Assembly (NCBI GenBank): GCA_035084275.1
Contig: CM068755.1
Span: 12,896,001-12,960,000 of the forward strand
DNA from: Hydrolagus colliei
Lineage: Eukaryota
DNA length: 64,000 bases
Direction: 5' to 3'
This document shows, piece by piece, positions 62,683 to 64,000 of the stretch (its first letter is position 1; each line of letters begins with the position of its first letter). A model generated the notes under the pieces. That model was not told where the DNA came from and did not search any database. It worked only from the letters and a program-made list of their open reading frames with translations. The position numbers and the translations under genes are program-made.

Positions 62683-64000
62683 AACTTAAGTGCCACAGGT
62701 TGGTGAGCAAAAGGATCTCTGGATATTGTCAGGCTACAGTTATGTTGACAGTTCACACTGGAAAATAGACATTTTTTGAAAGCTTTGATCAAACAGAGGC
62801 AACCTCCATGTGGGAAAGCTGAGGTGAACAAAACAAGTTATTGTATACTTATAGGTTTTCCTCTTTTTTTTAGAATTTTTTTTTTTGTAAAGGGAATAAA
62901 TAATTAATTCCAGTTGTGTTGAGGGCAATAGAGGTATAATTTTCCTCCAACAAATTCCCTCCTGTCCTGAAGGACTATTTTTCCTTCTATTGGGATACAT
63001 TTCTACGAGTGCCAGTTTCCTTTGGATCACCTTGGCCAATTGGACACTAGTCATGGATTAGACTTGATAGGTTATTCAAAGCCATGACTTTTCACCACCA
63101 GGCATTCACACATGTATACCTATAGAGGGGTGACCCATTGGGGATTAGTGTCCTGTTGGAGATTAGGAGCCACTGTATCTGAAATCAACTGATTTACATA
63201 GGCCAATGATTGCATCTAGGATCGTTCCAGTTTGGATGACTCAGCTACTCACTGGATAAACATATGGAGATATTGGTAAAGCTAAGTTTGAGATTTTTGA
63301 AATATCCGAATGCGTAAAGCGGACATGTGTTGAGCTTCACAGCTAAAATGAACAATTCAACTGCCAATGCCCTTGGTGCGATGGTCTTGTTGTAAGTGAG
63401 AAGTGGCCAAGAGAGGGAAGGTGTGATGGAGTCGGGAGGTGTGAGGGTGAGGGAACAGAAATTTAAAGGCAATGGGCCAATTATAAATATACGTCTTCTA
63501 CACATGAATCCACTCCACTGGCAGTAAATATTGTAAATCTTCAATGGCAATATGCCCCAATTTTAATGCAGGGTGCTTATTTTCATTGAAAACATCCAGC
63601 AAATTCTATCACATCAGAAATAACGGCATCATCAATTACTTTGATTTATAGCCAAGATTTCTCGCACTTACTCATTCTTTGTATAACTAAGTTACTAATT
63701 TTGTGCAATACAGCGAGTCAATGTTTGAAATACATAATTACTGCATTTGTTTACGTAGTCATTACTTAATGGGTTGTTTGACTGCCTGCGATTTTTGTTT
63801 TGTTTCATTTTCTCCTGTGATGTTCTCCTCGCCTATTTTAAGATGTCAGTCAGGTCTTTTTTTCCCTTCTGTCCATGCTTTTGAGCAGAATTGTCCTGGT
63901 TTATCAGTTATTAATGCCGTAGAAATAGATGCATTGCCTACAGTTTACTCTCCCTCACTCCTTGCCTTCAATCCCTAAACGCAGACATTATTTTACGGAA

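Noticed and set aside
63380-63470. Possible L2 ORF2 remnant (DSITPSLSWPLLTYNKTIAP)
   Set aside because: Similarity to HITPVLxxLHWLP...LLTYK is too gapped to support a call.
1-64000. Known conserved miRNAs, CRISPR arrays, prokaryotic operons, other CTGATGA hammerhead candidates
   Set aside because: A visual scan (not exhaustive) found no familiar mature miRNA, no regular repeat-spacer array and no gene-dense coding pattern. Other CTGATGA hits (e.g. near 10826, 26784, 54136, 62462) lack stem II plus GAAA.

Overview
AT-rich, CpG-depleted vertebrate non-coding DNA (large intron or gene desert) with one 128-N scaffold gap. The repeat content points to a cartilaginous fish, plausibly a chimaera/elephant-shark relative (inference from recalled repeat consensi). 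It carries many Deu-domain SINE copies with L2-type 3' tails, AmnSINE2-like SINEs, decayed L2 and CR1 LINE fragments, and Penelope-type hammerhead-ribozyme relics. No known protein-coding gene, rRNA, tRNA or CRISPR array could be recognised; almost all of the ORF track is chance ORFs or LINE remnants. Most worth follow-up: a perfect 27-bp hairpin and a hammerhead-core fragment of probable Penelope origin, a speculative four-exon minus-strand model giving a 153-aa orphan ORF, tail-swapped SINE subfamilies, and several repeat-free motif-dense blocks resembling developmental enhancers. I found no firmly supported novel system. Repeat boundaries are approximate (about +/-20 bp).
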